From Muribaculaceae bacterium (GTDB lineage: Bacteria; Bacteroidota; Bacteroidia; Bacteroidales; Muribaculaceae), in NCBI GenBank assembly GCA_017405965.1, contig JAFQZK010000025.1:61170-125169 (forward strand): a stretch of 64,000 nt of DNA, read 5' to 3'. This document shows positions 42,890 through 52,960 of the stretch, in pieces. Positions within the stretch are counted from its first letter, which is position 1, and each line of letters begins with the position of its first letter. Made by a program: the position numbers and the translations under genes. Below the pieces are notes generated by a model. That model was not told where the DNA came from, made no database searches, and saw nothing but the letters and a program-made list of their open reading frames with translations.

Positions 42890-44326
42890 ATGAAAATCAA
42901 GCTAGACCTCAAAAACAAAGCCCATCGACAGCGCATCAAGTATGTGGTGAGCGACTTTGTGATGTCCAACCTGGCTTGGTTTGTCTACTATATCGTGCGC
43001 TACAAGATGGGCACCGTGGTGGGTTGGCCCTATCTTGTGAGTTACCTCAAGAGCGACATGGTGCTGCTCGGTCAGCTGTTGTTCCCGCTGATCATGATGG
43101 TTACCTACATCTTCAGCGGCTATTACAACAATGTTTGCCGCAAGTCACGGGTTCAGGAGTTGCTCACGACGGTGGCCAGTTCGGGCATCAATACACTGAT
43201 CATCTTCTTCATCGCCCTTATCAACGACGTTATCGGCGTCAGGGTCAACGACTACGAGATGATTTTCATCCTGTGGGGCCTGCTCTTCGGCTTCGTCTAT
43301 TTGGGGAGAGCCATTATCACCAATCGGGCCTCCAGCGCCATCAAGTCGCGGCGTTGGACCTTCCCCACGCTCATCATCGGCAGCGGGTCGGCAGCCGTGA
43401 ACTTCGCCAACAAGGAGAACAGTCGCCGCGAATCGGCAGGCTATGAATTCATGGGATTTGTCAACATCCCCGGCGAGAACCCCGTCAAGGGCAATCCTCT
43501 GCCCTGCTACGAACTCGACGAACTCAAGGAAGTGTGCGAGCGTGAAAACATCTGGGAACTCATCGTCATGCCCACTCGCGACGACACCCAGCAGACAATG
43601 AACGCCCTCAACAAACTCTTCAGCCTGGGCCTGCCCATCATGATTTCGCCCGAGTATTTCAACAAGATGCAGACTCCTGTCCTTATCTCGGACATCTACG
43701 GCGAGCCCCTGGTGAACATCTCGCGCAGCAGCATGAGCGACAGCGGCAAGAACCTCAAGCGAGCCATCGATATCATCGTCTCGCTGGCGGCGCTGATCGT
43801 GCTCACCCCGCTCTATGCCATCGTCTCGATTATCATCAAGAGCACCAGTCCCGGCCCCGTGCTGTACAAGCAGGAGCGCGTCGGACTCCACAACAAGCCC
43901 TTCAAAATCATCAAGTTCCGCTCGATGGTACAGGATGCCGAGAGAAACGGGCAACCGCAGTTGTCGTCGGACAACGACCCCCGCATCACACCTTTCGGCC
44001 GGTTCATGCGCAAATACCGCATCGATGAGCTGCCCCAGTTCTGGAACGTACTCAAGGGCGAGATGTCGATTGTGGGCCCCCGCCCCGAGCGCAAGTACTA
44101 TGTGGAGCAAATCCTGCAGCGTGTTCCCGCCTACGCATTGCTGCATCAAGTCAGACCCGGCATCACATCGATGGGCATGGTCAAGTTCGGATATGCCAAG
44201 AACGTCGATGAGATGGTGGAGCGTGTCAAGTATGACCTGATGTACCTGAAGAACATGTCGTTGCTCAACGACATTAAGATTCTTATCTATACAATCAAAA
44301 TCGTCTTCACCGGACGCGGAGTGTGA
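42890..44326 (+). CDS. Polyprenyl-phosphate hexose-1-phosphate transferase (bacterial sugar transferase, WbaP/WcaJ-like)
   Basis: N-terminal TM bundle. C-terminal PGPVLYKQERVGLHNKPFKIIKFRSM...DPRITPFGRFMRKYRIDELPQFWNVLKGEMSIVGPRP. Confidence 0.85.
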   Translation: MKIKLDLKNKAHRQRIKYVVSDFVMSNLAWFVYYIVRYKMGTVVGWPYLVSYLKSDMVLLGQLLFPLIMMVTYIFSGYYNNVCRKSRVQELLTTVASSGINTLIIFFIALINDVIGVRVNDYEMIFILWGLLFGFVYLGRAIITNRASSAIKSRRWTFPTLIIGSGSAAVNFANKENSRRESAGYEFMGFVNIPGENPVKGNPLPCYELDELKEVCERENIWELIVMPTRDDTQQTMNALNKLFSLGLPIMISPEYFNKMQTPVLISDIYGEPLVNISRSSMSDSGKNLKRAIDIIVSLAALIVLTPLYAIVSIIIKSTSPGPVLYKQERVGLHNKPFKIIKFRSMVQDAERNGQPQLSSDNDPRITPFGRFMRKYRIDELPQFWNVLKGEMSIVGPRPERKYYVEQILQRVPAYALLHQVRPGITSMGMVKFGYAKNVDEMVERVKYDLMYLKNMSLLNDIKILIYTIKIVFTGRGV

Positions 44327-46167
44327 TGGCACAGGGTACCACAGCAACAATCGACCACGACACCAGCGGCAAAATGAACAAGGTGGCCTCATGGTGGATG
44401 AGAATGCTCACCTGGCGGGAAAAACACATCCCCGAAAAGACTTTCGTCGCCATGCTGTCGCTCGTGGTGGGCATTGCCGCCGGACTTGCCGCCGTATTGC
44501 TCAAGACACTCATCGCCCTCATCGCTAATTTCCTTACCAGCCGTTTCATCACCGAGCAGGGCAACCTGTTGTACCTGGTATTCCCTGCCATCGGCATCCT
44601 GCTGGCAAGCTTATATGTCTATTACATCGCCCGAGAGCCCATCTCGCATGGTGTGACGCGTGTGCTGTACGCGTTGGCGCTGAAGAAAAGCCGCCTGAAG
44701 ATTCACAACATGTATTCGTCGCTCATTGCCTCGTCGGTGACCATCGGATTCGGTGGATCGGTCGGAGCCGAGGGTCCTATCGTGTTCACCGGTGCCGCCA
44801 TCGGCAGCAACCTGGGACAGGCTTTCAGGCTCACGCCGCAGACGATGGCCATGCTGGTGGCTTGTGGTGCCGCTGCCGGTATCGCAGGAATCTTCAAGGC
44901 CCCTATCGCAGGTCTGCTGTTCACCATCGAGGTGCTCATGCTCGACCTCACGGCCGGTGCTGTCGTTCCGCTGATCACAGCATCGGTTGCCGGTGCGACG
45001 GTGGCCTACGTCTTCACGGGCTACAACGTGGAGTTCTTCTTCTCGCAGAGCGAACCGTTCTACGCCTCACGCATACCCTTCGTGCTGCTGTTGGGCGTGT
45101 TCTGCGGCTTTGTCTCGCTCTATTTCATCACCTTCATCGACCGCATCGAGGCCCGCTTCAAGCGGCTGCGCAACCGTTGGATAAGATTCGCCGTGGGCGG
45201 GATCACCCTGAGCATCCTCATCTTCCTGATGCCTCCGCTCTACGGTGAAGGCTACGAGGGCATCACCCACCTCATCAACGGCGATGTGACCGGCATCTTC
45301 AACAACAGCCTCTTCTACGGCTACCGTGACAACACGGTGGCAGTGTTGCTGTTCCTGTTCGCCTTGGGTGCCTTCAAGGTGTTTGCCACGGCGGCGACCA
45401 ATGGTGGCGGCGGTGTGGGTGGAACCTTCGCCCCCTCGTTGTTTGTCGGCGTGATGGCAGGCGTGTTCTTCGCCTACCTGATCAACCATCTGGGCATCAT
45501 CGACCCCGACATGCCGCTGAGCATCAAGAATTTTGCCCTCATGGGCATGGCGGGCGTGATGGCGGGCGTGATGCATGCCCCCTTGATGGCCATCTTCCTC
45601 ACGGCCGAGATGACCGGCGGCTACGACCTGTTCCTGCCGTTGCTCATCGTGTCGGCCAGCAGCTACGGTATCAGCCGCATTTTCACGCCTTATGGCATCT
45701 ACTCACGACGCCTTGCCAAGCGCGGCGAGCTGCTCACTCACCAGAAGGACCGTTCAGTCCTCACCCTTCTCAAGATGGACAGTGTCATCGAGAAAGATTT
45801 CTCGGTTGTACACCCCGACATGAGCCTCAAAGACATGGTTGACGTCATCGCCAAGAGTCACCGCAACCTCTTCCCCGTCACCGACGACGACGGCAAACTG
45901 CTGGGCGTGGTGCAACTCGATGATATCCGCAACATCATGTTCAGGCCCGATTTGTACCGCCGCATGCAGGTTCACCGGTTCATGGCCATTCCACCGGCTA
46001 AGGTCGTCCTCGGCACTCCGATGGAGAAAGTCATGAAAACCTTCGACGACACTGGCGCATGGAACCTGCCTGTCATCGACGAGGAGAACAACTATGTGGG
46101 CTTTGTTTCCAAGAGCAAAATCTTCAACAGCTACCGTCAGGTGCTCAAACACTACACATACGATTAA
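44326..46167 (+). CDS. ClC-family chloride channel or H+/Cl- antiporter with C-terminal CBS pair
   Basis: ATG at 44326 (the track start at 44323 is a GTG). GSVGAEGP and GGTFAPSLFVG selectivity motifs. Two CBS modules at the C-terminus. Confidence 0.85.
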   Translation: MAQGTTATIDHDTSGKMNKVASWWMRMLTWREKHIPEKTFVAMLSLVVGIAAGLAAVLLKTLIALIANFLTSRFITEQGNLLYLVFPAIGILLASLYVYYIAREPISHGVTRVLYALALKKSRLKIHNMYSSLIASSVTIGFGGSVGAEGPIVFTGAAIGSNLGQAFRLTPQTMAMLVACGAAAGIAGIFKAPIAGLLFTIEVLMLDLTAGAVVPLITASVAGATVAYVFTGYNVEFFFSQSEPFYASRIPFVLLLGVFCGFVSLYFITFIDRIEARFKRLRNRWIRFAVGGITLSILIFLMPPLYGEGYEGITHLINGDVTGIFNNSLFYGYRDNTVAVLLFLFALGAFKVFATAATNGGGGVGGTFAPSLFVGVMAGVFFAYLINHLGIIDPDMPLSIKNFALMGMAGVMAGVMHAPLMAIFLTAEMTGGYDLFLPLLIVSASSYGISRIFTPYGIYSRRLAKRGELLTHQKDRSVLTLLKMDSVIEKDFSVVHPDMSLKDMVDVIAKSHRNLFPVTDDDGKLLGVVQLDDIRNIMFRPDLYRRMQVHRFMAIPPAKVVLGTPMEKVMKTFDDTGAWNLPVIDEENNYVGFVSKSKIFNSYRQVLKHYTYD

Positions 46168-46178
46168 AAACTACCATT

Positions 46179-47960
46179 ATGAAGAAAGTACATATCTTAA
46201 TCCTATTGGTAACTGCATTACTGCCATTCACCACCAGGGCCACTGAACAGACCGACCCCAGCGACCCGATTCCCGTTGACTCGCTCGCATCGATTGTCGA
46301 GGAAACAGACCAGCCCATCAACGATGCCGACACTGTACCCGTTATAGTTGTCGATAGTGTTTCGAGGGAAACCATTGAAAGCTCTGTTAAGGGTGGTGCG
46401 GGTGATTTCTACATGTTGAAGGAAATGAATAAGTTTCGGGAGTATCACGGCCCCGATTTCCATTTCCTGAAGAACACCACCAACCCTGCCGTCCAGCCCT
46501 ACACCTTCTTGCAGGACCAGACGTGGGTTGGCATCCCGGTGTTTGTAGCCGGTATGATAGCCAAGGGCGAGAAAGAGGCTTTCCGCCAAAACTACAACAA
46601 TACGAACACCAAAATCCGCCTCGTCAAATACAACTTCCATAGCGAAATCGACAATTACACCCAGTTCTCGGGCATTGCACTGACCGCAGGCCTGAAGATG
46701 GCGGGAGTTGAGGGCCGTTCATCGTGGCCACGACTGTTCGCCTCGTCACTCGCTTCCTACGGCGTGATGGCGGCCTTTGTCAACGGCATCAAATACACCG
46801 CCAGCGAGATGCGTCCCGATGGCTCGACCCGCAACTCGTGGCCCTCGGGGCACACGGCAACGGCCTTCGTCGGTGCGACCATCCTGCACAAGGAATACGG
46901 CCTGACACGCTCGCCGTGGTACTCCATCGGCGGCTACACGGTAGCTACCGCAACAGGTGTGATGCGCGTGCTGAACAACCGCCACTGGATCAGTGACGTA
47001 CTCTCGGGAGCCGGCATCGGTATTCTCTCGACCGAGTTGGCCTATGGCATCTGCGACCTGCTGTTCAAGGACAAAGGCTTGCTGATGAATGACCTGAGCG
47101 TCTATCCCGACCTGAGGAAGAATCCATCGTTTTTCTCCGTCTCGATGGGTATCGGACTGGGAAACAAGAACTTGACACTGCCCGCCTTCTACTACGGTCT
47201 CCAGATTCCCGGTTTCGAAATTGATTACGGTCCCGATACAGAACCGCTCGAGCTCCAATTCCGCTCTGCGACAGCTGTAGGCGTGGAGGGAGCCTATTTC
47301 TTCAACCCATACATCGGTATCGGCGGACGTCTTCGCGTCAAGAGCACGCCTATCAATGGCTGGTCACAATTTGCCAAGATCGAGAGAGAAAGTTTGCAAG
47401 AGATCTCAAATGATCCCTATTACTTGGGCTCCATCCAATATTTTGACCTCGAGATTGAAAGTGACCACATTACCGAATTCGCGGCCGATGCCGGCTTATA
47501 CTTCAGCCTGCCGCTATCCAGCCGTTTTGCCATCGGCTCCAAGTTACTCATTGGCCGCAGCATTATGGACGACATCGACGTGAATTCCAAATTCGTTGGA
47601 AAAGTGCTTCACTTTGATAGAGAAGGCCATTTCTCAGTAGACGAAGAATACATGGCCTACAGTGACTGGGACTACATTACTGTCGAGGCCACCAACTCGA
47701 TGAAATTCGGTACAGGCCTGTCTCTTACCTGGGCTTATAAGAACGCTTTCTCGTGGCGCGTATTCTGTGATTATGATTATTCCCACAAAACCTATACAGC
47801 CACCTACGCCCCGTTCATATACCTGGAAAACTATAGTCCAGATTTGCGTAATTTTTACATTACTGAATACCACTGGGACCCCGTGCAGTATTTCAAATCC
47901 AGCGCGAGCAAGCACCTGCACCAGTGGGTACTGGGCGGATCGCTGTGCGTCTCATTCTAA
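46179..47960 (+). CDS. PAP2-family phosphatase domain fused to a C-terminal outer-membrane beta-barrel-like domain
   Basis: The ATG at 46179 gives MKKVHILILLVTALLPFTTRA (signal). PAP2 motifs KYTASEMRPDG, SWPSGHTATAF, MRVLNNRHWISDV. The C-terminal ~260 aa have alternating aromatic strands and end ...GGSLCVSF (terminal Phe). Confidence 0.65.
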   Translation: MKKVHILILLVTALLPFTTRATEQTDPSDPIPVDSLASIVEETDQPINDADTVPVIVVDSVSRETIESSVKGGAGDFYMLKEMNKFREYHGPDFHFLKNTTNPAVQPYTFLQDQTWVGIPVFVAGMIAKGEKEAFRQNYNNTNTKIRLVKYNFHSEIDNYTQFSGIALTAGLKMAGVEGRSSWPRLFASSLASYGVMAAFVNGIKYTASEMRPDGSTRNSWPSGHTATAFVGATILHKEYGLTRSPWYSIGGYTVATATGVMRVLNNRHWISDVLSGAGIGILSTELAYGICDLLFKDKGLLMNDLSVYPDLRKNPSFFSVSMGIGLGNKNLTLPAFYYGLQIPGFEIDYGPDTEPLELQFRSATAVGVEGAYFFNPYIGIGGRLRVKSTPINGWSQFAKIERESLQEISNDPYYLGSIQYFDLEIESDHITEFAADAGLYFSLPLSSRFAIGSKLLIGRSIMDDIDVNSKFVGKVLHFDREGHFSVDEEYMAYSDWDYITVEATNSMKFGTGLSLTWAYKNAFSWRVFCDYDYSHKTYTATYAPFIYLENYSPDLRNFYITEYHWDPVQYFKSSASKHLHQWVLGGSLCVSF

Positions 47961-47961
47961 C

Positions 47962-48033
47962 CAATTGGACAAATTCGACTTATTTGACCAATTGGACTAA
48001 TTTGACTAATTTGACCAATTCAACCAACGACAA
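47962..48033. repeat. 9-bp periodic degenerate tandem repeat (about 8 units of nAATTnGAC) in the fmt leader
   Basis: caattggac aaattcgac ttatttgac caattggac taatttgac taatttgac caattcaac caacgac. Confidence 0.75.
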
Positions 48034-48034
48034 T

Positions 48035-49015
48035 ATGACTAAAGAGGAATTGAAGATCGTTTTTTTCGGGACCCCCGACTTTGCCGTCAAGAGCCTGAGC
48101 CGTCTCGTTGACGGCGGCTATAACGTCGCTGCTGTGGTCACCATGCCCGACAAGCCTGCCGGTCGCGGCCGCCAGCTGCAACAGAGCGACGTCAAGCGCT
48201 ATGCCGTGGAGCACGACCTGCCCGTGCTGCAGCCCGTAAGCCTCAAGGACGAGGCTTTTATTGAGGAACTGCGCGCGTTCAATGCCCAGCTGTTTATCGT
48301 CATCGCCTTCAGGATGCTGCCCGAGGCCGTGTGGCAGATGCCCCCGCTGGGCACCTTCAACCTGCACGCGTCGTTGCTGCCGCGTTACCGCGGCGCCGCC
48401 CCCATCAACTGGGCCGTGATGAATGGTGACACCGAGACGGGCGTGACCACCTTCTTCCTCAAGCATGAGATCGACACGGGCGACGTCATTCAGCAGCGGT
48501 CCTGCCCCATCGGCCGCCAGGAGAATGTGGAGGACATCCACGACCGCCTGATGGTCATGGGAGCCGACATGGTGCTCGAGACCGTTGACGCCATCATTGC
48601 CGGAACCGTCAAACCCATTCCGCAAGACCAGATGCTCACGGCAGGCCAGCAGGCCACCCCTGCACCCAAAATCTTCAAGGACACCTGCCGCATCGATTGG
48701 AGCCGTCCCGCCGAGGCCCTCTACAACCACATCCGCGGCCTGTCGCCCTACCCCGCTGCATGGACGACACTCGAGAACGAGGATGGCAAGGAGGCCGTTA
48801 CACTCAAGGTCTATGCCACCGGCGAACCCGAGCCGTTTACCGCCAGTGAAGCGCCTGCCCCCGGCACCATCAAGGCCGACCGCAAAACGATGCGCGTGGC
48901 CTGTGCCGACGGCTGGTTGCAATTACTGTCCCTGCAGCAGTCAGGCAAGAAACGGATGGAAACCGACGCATTCCTGCGCGGCTTCGTTCTCTCGTCCACC
49001 GCACATTGCCAGTAA
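48035..49015 (+). CDS. fmt: Methionyl-tRNA formyltransferase
   Basis: The ATG at 48035 gives MTKEELKIVFFGTPDFAV. HASLLPRYRGAAPINWAV motif. Confidence 0.9.
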   Translation: MTKEELKIVFFGTPDFAVKSLSRLVDGGYNVAAVVTMPDKPAGRGRQLQQSDVKRYAVEHDLPVLQPVSLKDEAFIEELRAFNAQLFIVIAFRMLPEAVWQMPPLGTFNLHASLLPRYRGAAPINWAVMNGDTETGVTTFFLKHEIDTGDVIQQRSCPIGRQENVEDIHDRLMVMGADMVLETVDAIIAGTVKPIPQDQMLTAGQQATPAPKIFKDTCRIDWSRPAEALYNHIRGLSPYPAAWTTLENEDGKEAVTLKVYATGEPEPFTASEAPAPGTIKADRKTMRVACADGWLQLLSLQQSGKKRMETDAFLRGFVLSSTAHCQ

Positions 49016-49149
49016 TCATCTTACCGCACCACTTAACCGGCGGCACAAACGCCAATGAGATACAAGAGAGGCGCCCCTGATCGGGACGCCTCTCTATTTT
49101 CGGTTTTCCTGCGGCAGACCGTAAAGACCGTCTGTCAGGAATGTTACTA

Positions 49150-52100
49150 TCAATCAAGCACCAGAAGTCGGTTGGTATTGACAGCATTAGGCTTGGGTGC
49201 ATTGATGCTGCTGGATACCAGGTTGATCATTGCGGTAATGTCCGAGATGTTGATTTCGCCATCACCATTAACGTCGCCACAGATCGGGCAAACCTCACCA
49301 TTGGAAACCACAGCATTGATAATGGCAGTCACATCCGAGATGTTGATGGCACCGTCGTGGTTCACGTCGCCACGCTCGTAGCCATGACCGTTCTCGAACA
49401 GAGTTACCTCCTCGACATTGCTCCAGTCGCTCTCGGTGCCATCCTGGTACAGAGCCTTAACCCTGTAGAGGAAGGTGCCCTCGGCCGTAAGGTCGTTCAC
49501 GATGTAGTTCTTGTTGGAGATACCCTCGATCAAGCGATAGTTGGCATCGCCGGTCTCGGTAGCGTTGAGCTTGGCAGTTGCAGTAATGTCACCGGGATAA
49601 ACCGTAATGCTCTCGATAGCGATGTAGTTGGCACGAGCTTGTACTCTTACCTGATCGCTGGACGAGCAGTTCAAGACGACAGTGATGGTCTGGAATTCAT
49701 CGTCATCGCTCGAACCGAGGGTGTAGTTCTGGTAAGCCGAATTGGTGGCAATGCGAACCTGGCCCACACCATAATTGGAAGGATAGTAAGACTTCACGTT
49801 AACCACTACAGTCACCTTGTCATAACCGGTAAGGTCAAGCGTCGGGCTTATAATAGAACCATAGGTCGTCTGTGACCACCAACCGGAGCCTGTCGTTGCG
49901 CCGGTGATAACAAAGCCGTCGTTGATGTAGAGATAGTTCTCGGCCGTCCAGCCCTCGGGCAGGTATTGCGAAGCCGTGCTGGCGCAGTTGGGCAACTGAT
50001 TATTATCGTTGGTTACAGCCTCGATTCCGGTGAGGTCGCAAACACTGACGGGATCAGGAGTCACGGGCTCGGCGGGCTTAGCCGATACCTCGAGGGTGTA
50101 GCTGGTCACGTTGTTGTCGGGTGTCTCGTCGGTCCATTCAGCACAGAATCTGGTCAAGTTGATGTAGCTCTCATTGGCGGGCAGCATCACGGGAGCATAC
50201 TTCACGAGGTCGGCCTGGCCGTTGAGTGTTACGGTAACGGGCTGAGCATTGGGGCTGGTGAGGGTCACAGTTCCCGTGTGGATGCCGAATGCCGTCGGCG
50301 TGTAGGTCACGTTGACAGTAGCATTTTCAGCCTCACCCGATACGATCTCGGTCTTGTCGATGGTGAAGCCCTCGCCCTCAACTGCCAACGACACGTTACC
50401 CTCGAGGAAGGCGCTGTTCACAACAAACGACTTGGTGACAGGTGTACCAACGGTGGTGACAAAGTCGAGAGTCGTGGGATTAGCGGTAATGGTGGGAGTC
50501 GTGGTTGCGATACCGCTGAGCGTAACAGTAACGGGCTGTGCACCATTGCTGGTCAGAGTGACAGTGCCCGTAGAAGAGCCGCCAGTGGTGGGACGATAAG
50601 TCACGGTAACCTCTGCACCTTCGGCAGCAGCGGCCCTGGTAATGTTAGTCTTGTTGATTGAGAAGCCATTGCCCGTAACGGCCAGCGAAACATTAGCGGT
50701 CAAGTCGGTTCCTGTCACGGTAAATGTCTTGGTCACCTCATCGCCGACATTAGCGTTGAACGACAGTGACCTGGGATTAGCAGCCAATGTGGGAACGCCA
50801 ACGGCTGTACCACTGAGTGCCACGGTAACATCTTGTGCACCGTTGCACTTCAGCACAACATTGCCGTTGTAGGTGCCACTGGCTGTGGGATTGAAAGTAA
50901 CGGTAACCGTTACAGTTTTACCATTGACAGCGTTTCGGGTGAGGTTGGTCTTGTCGATAGTGAAACCGTTGCCGTTGCACGACAGGTAAACCATGCTTCC
51001 TGAAGTCAGGTTGGAACCGGTCACGTCGAAGGTCTGGGTTACAGGAGTGCCAACAGTGGTTGAGAGATTCAACGACGTGGGATTAACCGTCAACTTGGGC
51101 ACCGTGGTGGAAGTACCTGTGAGGCTGACGGTCTTGCTCTCGGCATTACTGCTGCTCACGGTAATCGAACCGCTCTGAGTGCCGGCAGCCGTGGGAGCAT
51201 AGGTCACTGTGATCTGGGCACCAGCCTGAGCCTGGGCAGCCGTCAGAGTAGTGGGAGATACACTGTAAACCGCGCTGCCGCTCTTGGTAATGGTGACATT
51301 ACCCTGCAGATTGGAACCAGTTACAGTGAAGGTCTTGGTATAAGTCTCACCAGTGTTGCCGGTAAATGACAACGAGGTGGGAGATACACTCAATTCAGGA
51401 ACGGTAGGAGCACCACCGGGGGGCTGGATGCCCACGATAGCCTGCTGTTGAGAGCTGAAGGTGTAACCGCCGTAGGTGAATGAGTTCATCGCATACCAGC
51501 TGTTACCATCACCACTCCAACCGAAGTTCACGTGGTACTTGCCATCGCTGTCACGATAACCATCCACGTTGAAGGCGTGACCGCCACCCTGGGTGTCAAC
51601 ACCCAGATAAACAACGGGACGGCCTGCAGCCATCTCATTCTGAATCAAAGCGCCCCAGTTTGCCTCGCTATAAGACGACTTGTTGGCCAATCGGGTGTTG
51701 GAATCATAACCCAAAGTCTTGAACATGGTAGCAATGATCTGTGAGTTGGTGGTGTAGATACCACTGCCACCGGCAGCTTCTGTACCATACATCATTTTCT
51801 CGAGCTGACCCACATACCGCATCAGCGTGGCCACGGCATTGGACTGAGTTGAGTTGTAACTGGTGTAAGTATCCTTCATGTTTGCCCAGTCAAAGGTAGT
51901 GGCAGCCACCGAAGGATAAGTGAAGTTTACACTCTGATAATATGATAATTCAAGGGCAGCAGTGTAAGAGGCTACTGCAGGAACCTGAGTGGTCGGGTAC
52001 TTCCAGTAGTACAGCACCATCGATGCCGAAGTTGCAGGGCAACCAGTCAAGCACTGGTATGCCTTATTGTTATAGGTGAAAATGCACTGACTCCAGTACG

Positions 52101-52572
52101 GTGCTTCCTGGTCCCATTTCGCCGTGAGCAGCGGGCCATAGGTCACAGCACGCAACTTGGGGGTCAATGACTGTGAAGGTTTCTCGACCTGAATGTTGGG
52201 GTGATTATGAAGGTACTCGATTTCTCCCTTGTACTGGTCGAGCACGGCCTGCATCGACGGTGCCAGATGGTTGATGTCCTTCAACGGCTCATCACCAATC
52301 ATGAGGATTTCCTCGGCACGGTCGTCACCTGCCACAACCAGGAAGGTGGACGAGGTGTTGAAGATATAATACACAGGCTTATTCAGCTTGGTATCGCCGA
52401 TCTCGGTCTTAAGCAAGACGGGCTTTAAAGCTGAGGGAGCCATCATTTTACCTGCATACATTTGATTCAGGTAACTTTGAGCTGTTCGCTGGGCCGTTGC
52501 CATATCTACAGGTGCGGCCGACAGCGACAATGCCGCAAAAGCGACAGTCAACAATAGCAAAAATCTTTTCAT
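49150..52572 (-). CDS. C10 (streptopain-like) cysteine peptidase with ~4 tandem Ig-like (choice-of-anchor-D-like) repeats, FN3/jelly-roll-like modules and a tandem dockerin-type-I-like repeat
   Basis: ATG at 52572 (MKRFLLLLTVAFAALSLSA; the track start at 52578 is a TTG). Cys in CLTGCPATSASMVLYYWKYP, His in GGGHAFNVDGY, then HVNFGWSGDG. Repeats resemble PxLxVxPTSLxF...TFTVTGSNL...VTVTYxPTxxG. The C-terminus is GDVNHDGAINISDVTAIINAVVSNGEVCPICGDVNGDGEINISDITAMINLV (nt 49150-49371). Confidence 0.85.
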   Translation of the reverse strand: MKRFLLLLTVAFAALSLSAAPVDMATAQRTAQSYLNQMYAGKMMAPSALKPVLLKTEIGDTKLNKPVYYIFNTSSTFLVVAGDDRAEEILMIGDEPLKDINHLAPSMQAVLDQYKGEIEYLHNHPNIQVEKPSQSLTPKLRAVTYGPLLTAKWDQEAPYWSQCIFTYNNKAYQCLTGCPATSASMVLYYWKYPTTQVPAVASYTAALELSYYQSVNFTYPSVAATTFDWANMKDTYTSYNSTQSNAVATLMRYVGQLEKMMYGTEAAGGSGIYTTNSQIIATMFKTLGYDSNTRLANKSSYSEANWGALIQNEMAAGRPVVYLGVDTQGGGHAFNVDGYRDSDGKYHVNFGWSGDGNSWYAMNSFTYGGYTFSSQQQAIVGIQPPGGAPTVPELSVSPTSLSFTGNTGETYTKTFTVTGSNLQGNVTITKSGSAVYSVSPTTLTAAQAQAGAQITVTYAPTAAGTQSGSITVSSSNAESKTVSLTGTSTTVPKLTVNPTSLNLSTTVGTPVTQTFDVTGSNLTSGSMVYLSCNGNGFTIDKTNLTRNAVNGKTVTVTVTFNPTASGTYNGNVVLKCNGAQDVTVALSGTAVGVPTLAANPRSLSFNANVGDEVTKTFTVTGTDLTANVSLAVTGNGFSINKTNITRAAAAEGAEVTVTYRPTTGGSSTGTVTLTSNGAQPVTVTLSGIATTTPTITANPTTLDFVTTVGTPVTKSFVVNSAFLEGNVSLAVEGEGFTIDKTEIVSGEAENATVNVTYTPTAFGIHTGTVTLTSPNAQPVTVTLNGQADLVKYAPVMLPANESYINLTRFCAEWTDETPDNNVTSYTLEVSAKPAEPVTPDPVSVCDLTGIEAVTNDNNQLPNCASTASQYLPEGWTAENYLYINDGFVITGATTGSGWWSQTTYGSIISPTLDLTGYDKVTVVVNVKSYYPSNYGVGQVRIATNSAYQNYTLGSSDDDEFQTITVVLNCSSSDQVRVQARANYIAIESITVYPGDITATAKLNATETGDANYRLIEGISNKNYIVNDLTAEGTFLYRVKALYQDGTESDWSNVEEVTLFENGHGYERGDVNHDGAINISDVTAIINAVVSNGEVCPICGDVNGDGEINISDITAMINLVSSSINAPKPNAVNTNRLLVLD

Positions 52573-52960
52573 AATCAAATAATGGTAATTAATTACAGTA
52601 TAGAATCTGGTTTATGTTCCGACCGACAAAAATACAATACCCAATCGGAAATAACAAATTATTTCTTCTTATTTATCAATAATTTACAATAAAAGACGAC
52701 ATACCGTAACAAGCACCCCAAAAATCGGTAAGAGGGCGGCTTCATCGACTGATGCCGCCCAGGCAAACTCTTCTTCAACCGCACATGGCCAACAAACTCA
52801 GCCATTCCTGCAAAACGATAAAATAAGTCGCTTTTTTCAGCGACTTATTTTATTATTACATCACTTTGCGTGCTAATACCAATTATGGTGAGAATTAAGG
52901 CTGTTATCGCATCTTTTCAAGCCCTGACATCTCTATTCGGGCTCTCAGGAACAGCTGAGT

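Noticed and set aside
47924-48034. N-terminal extension of fmt encoding TNWTNSTYLTNWTNLTNLTNSTN
   Set aside because: The peptide is simply the translation of the 9-bp tandem repeat. The extension would overlap the end of the PAP2 gene. The canonical Fmt N-terminus (KIVFFGTPDFAV) begins right after the ATG at 48035.
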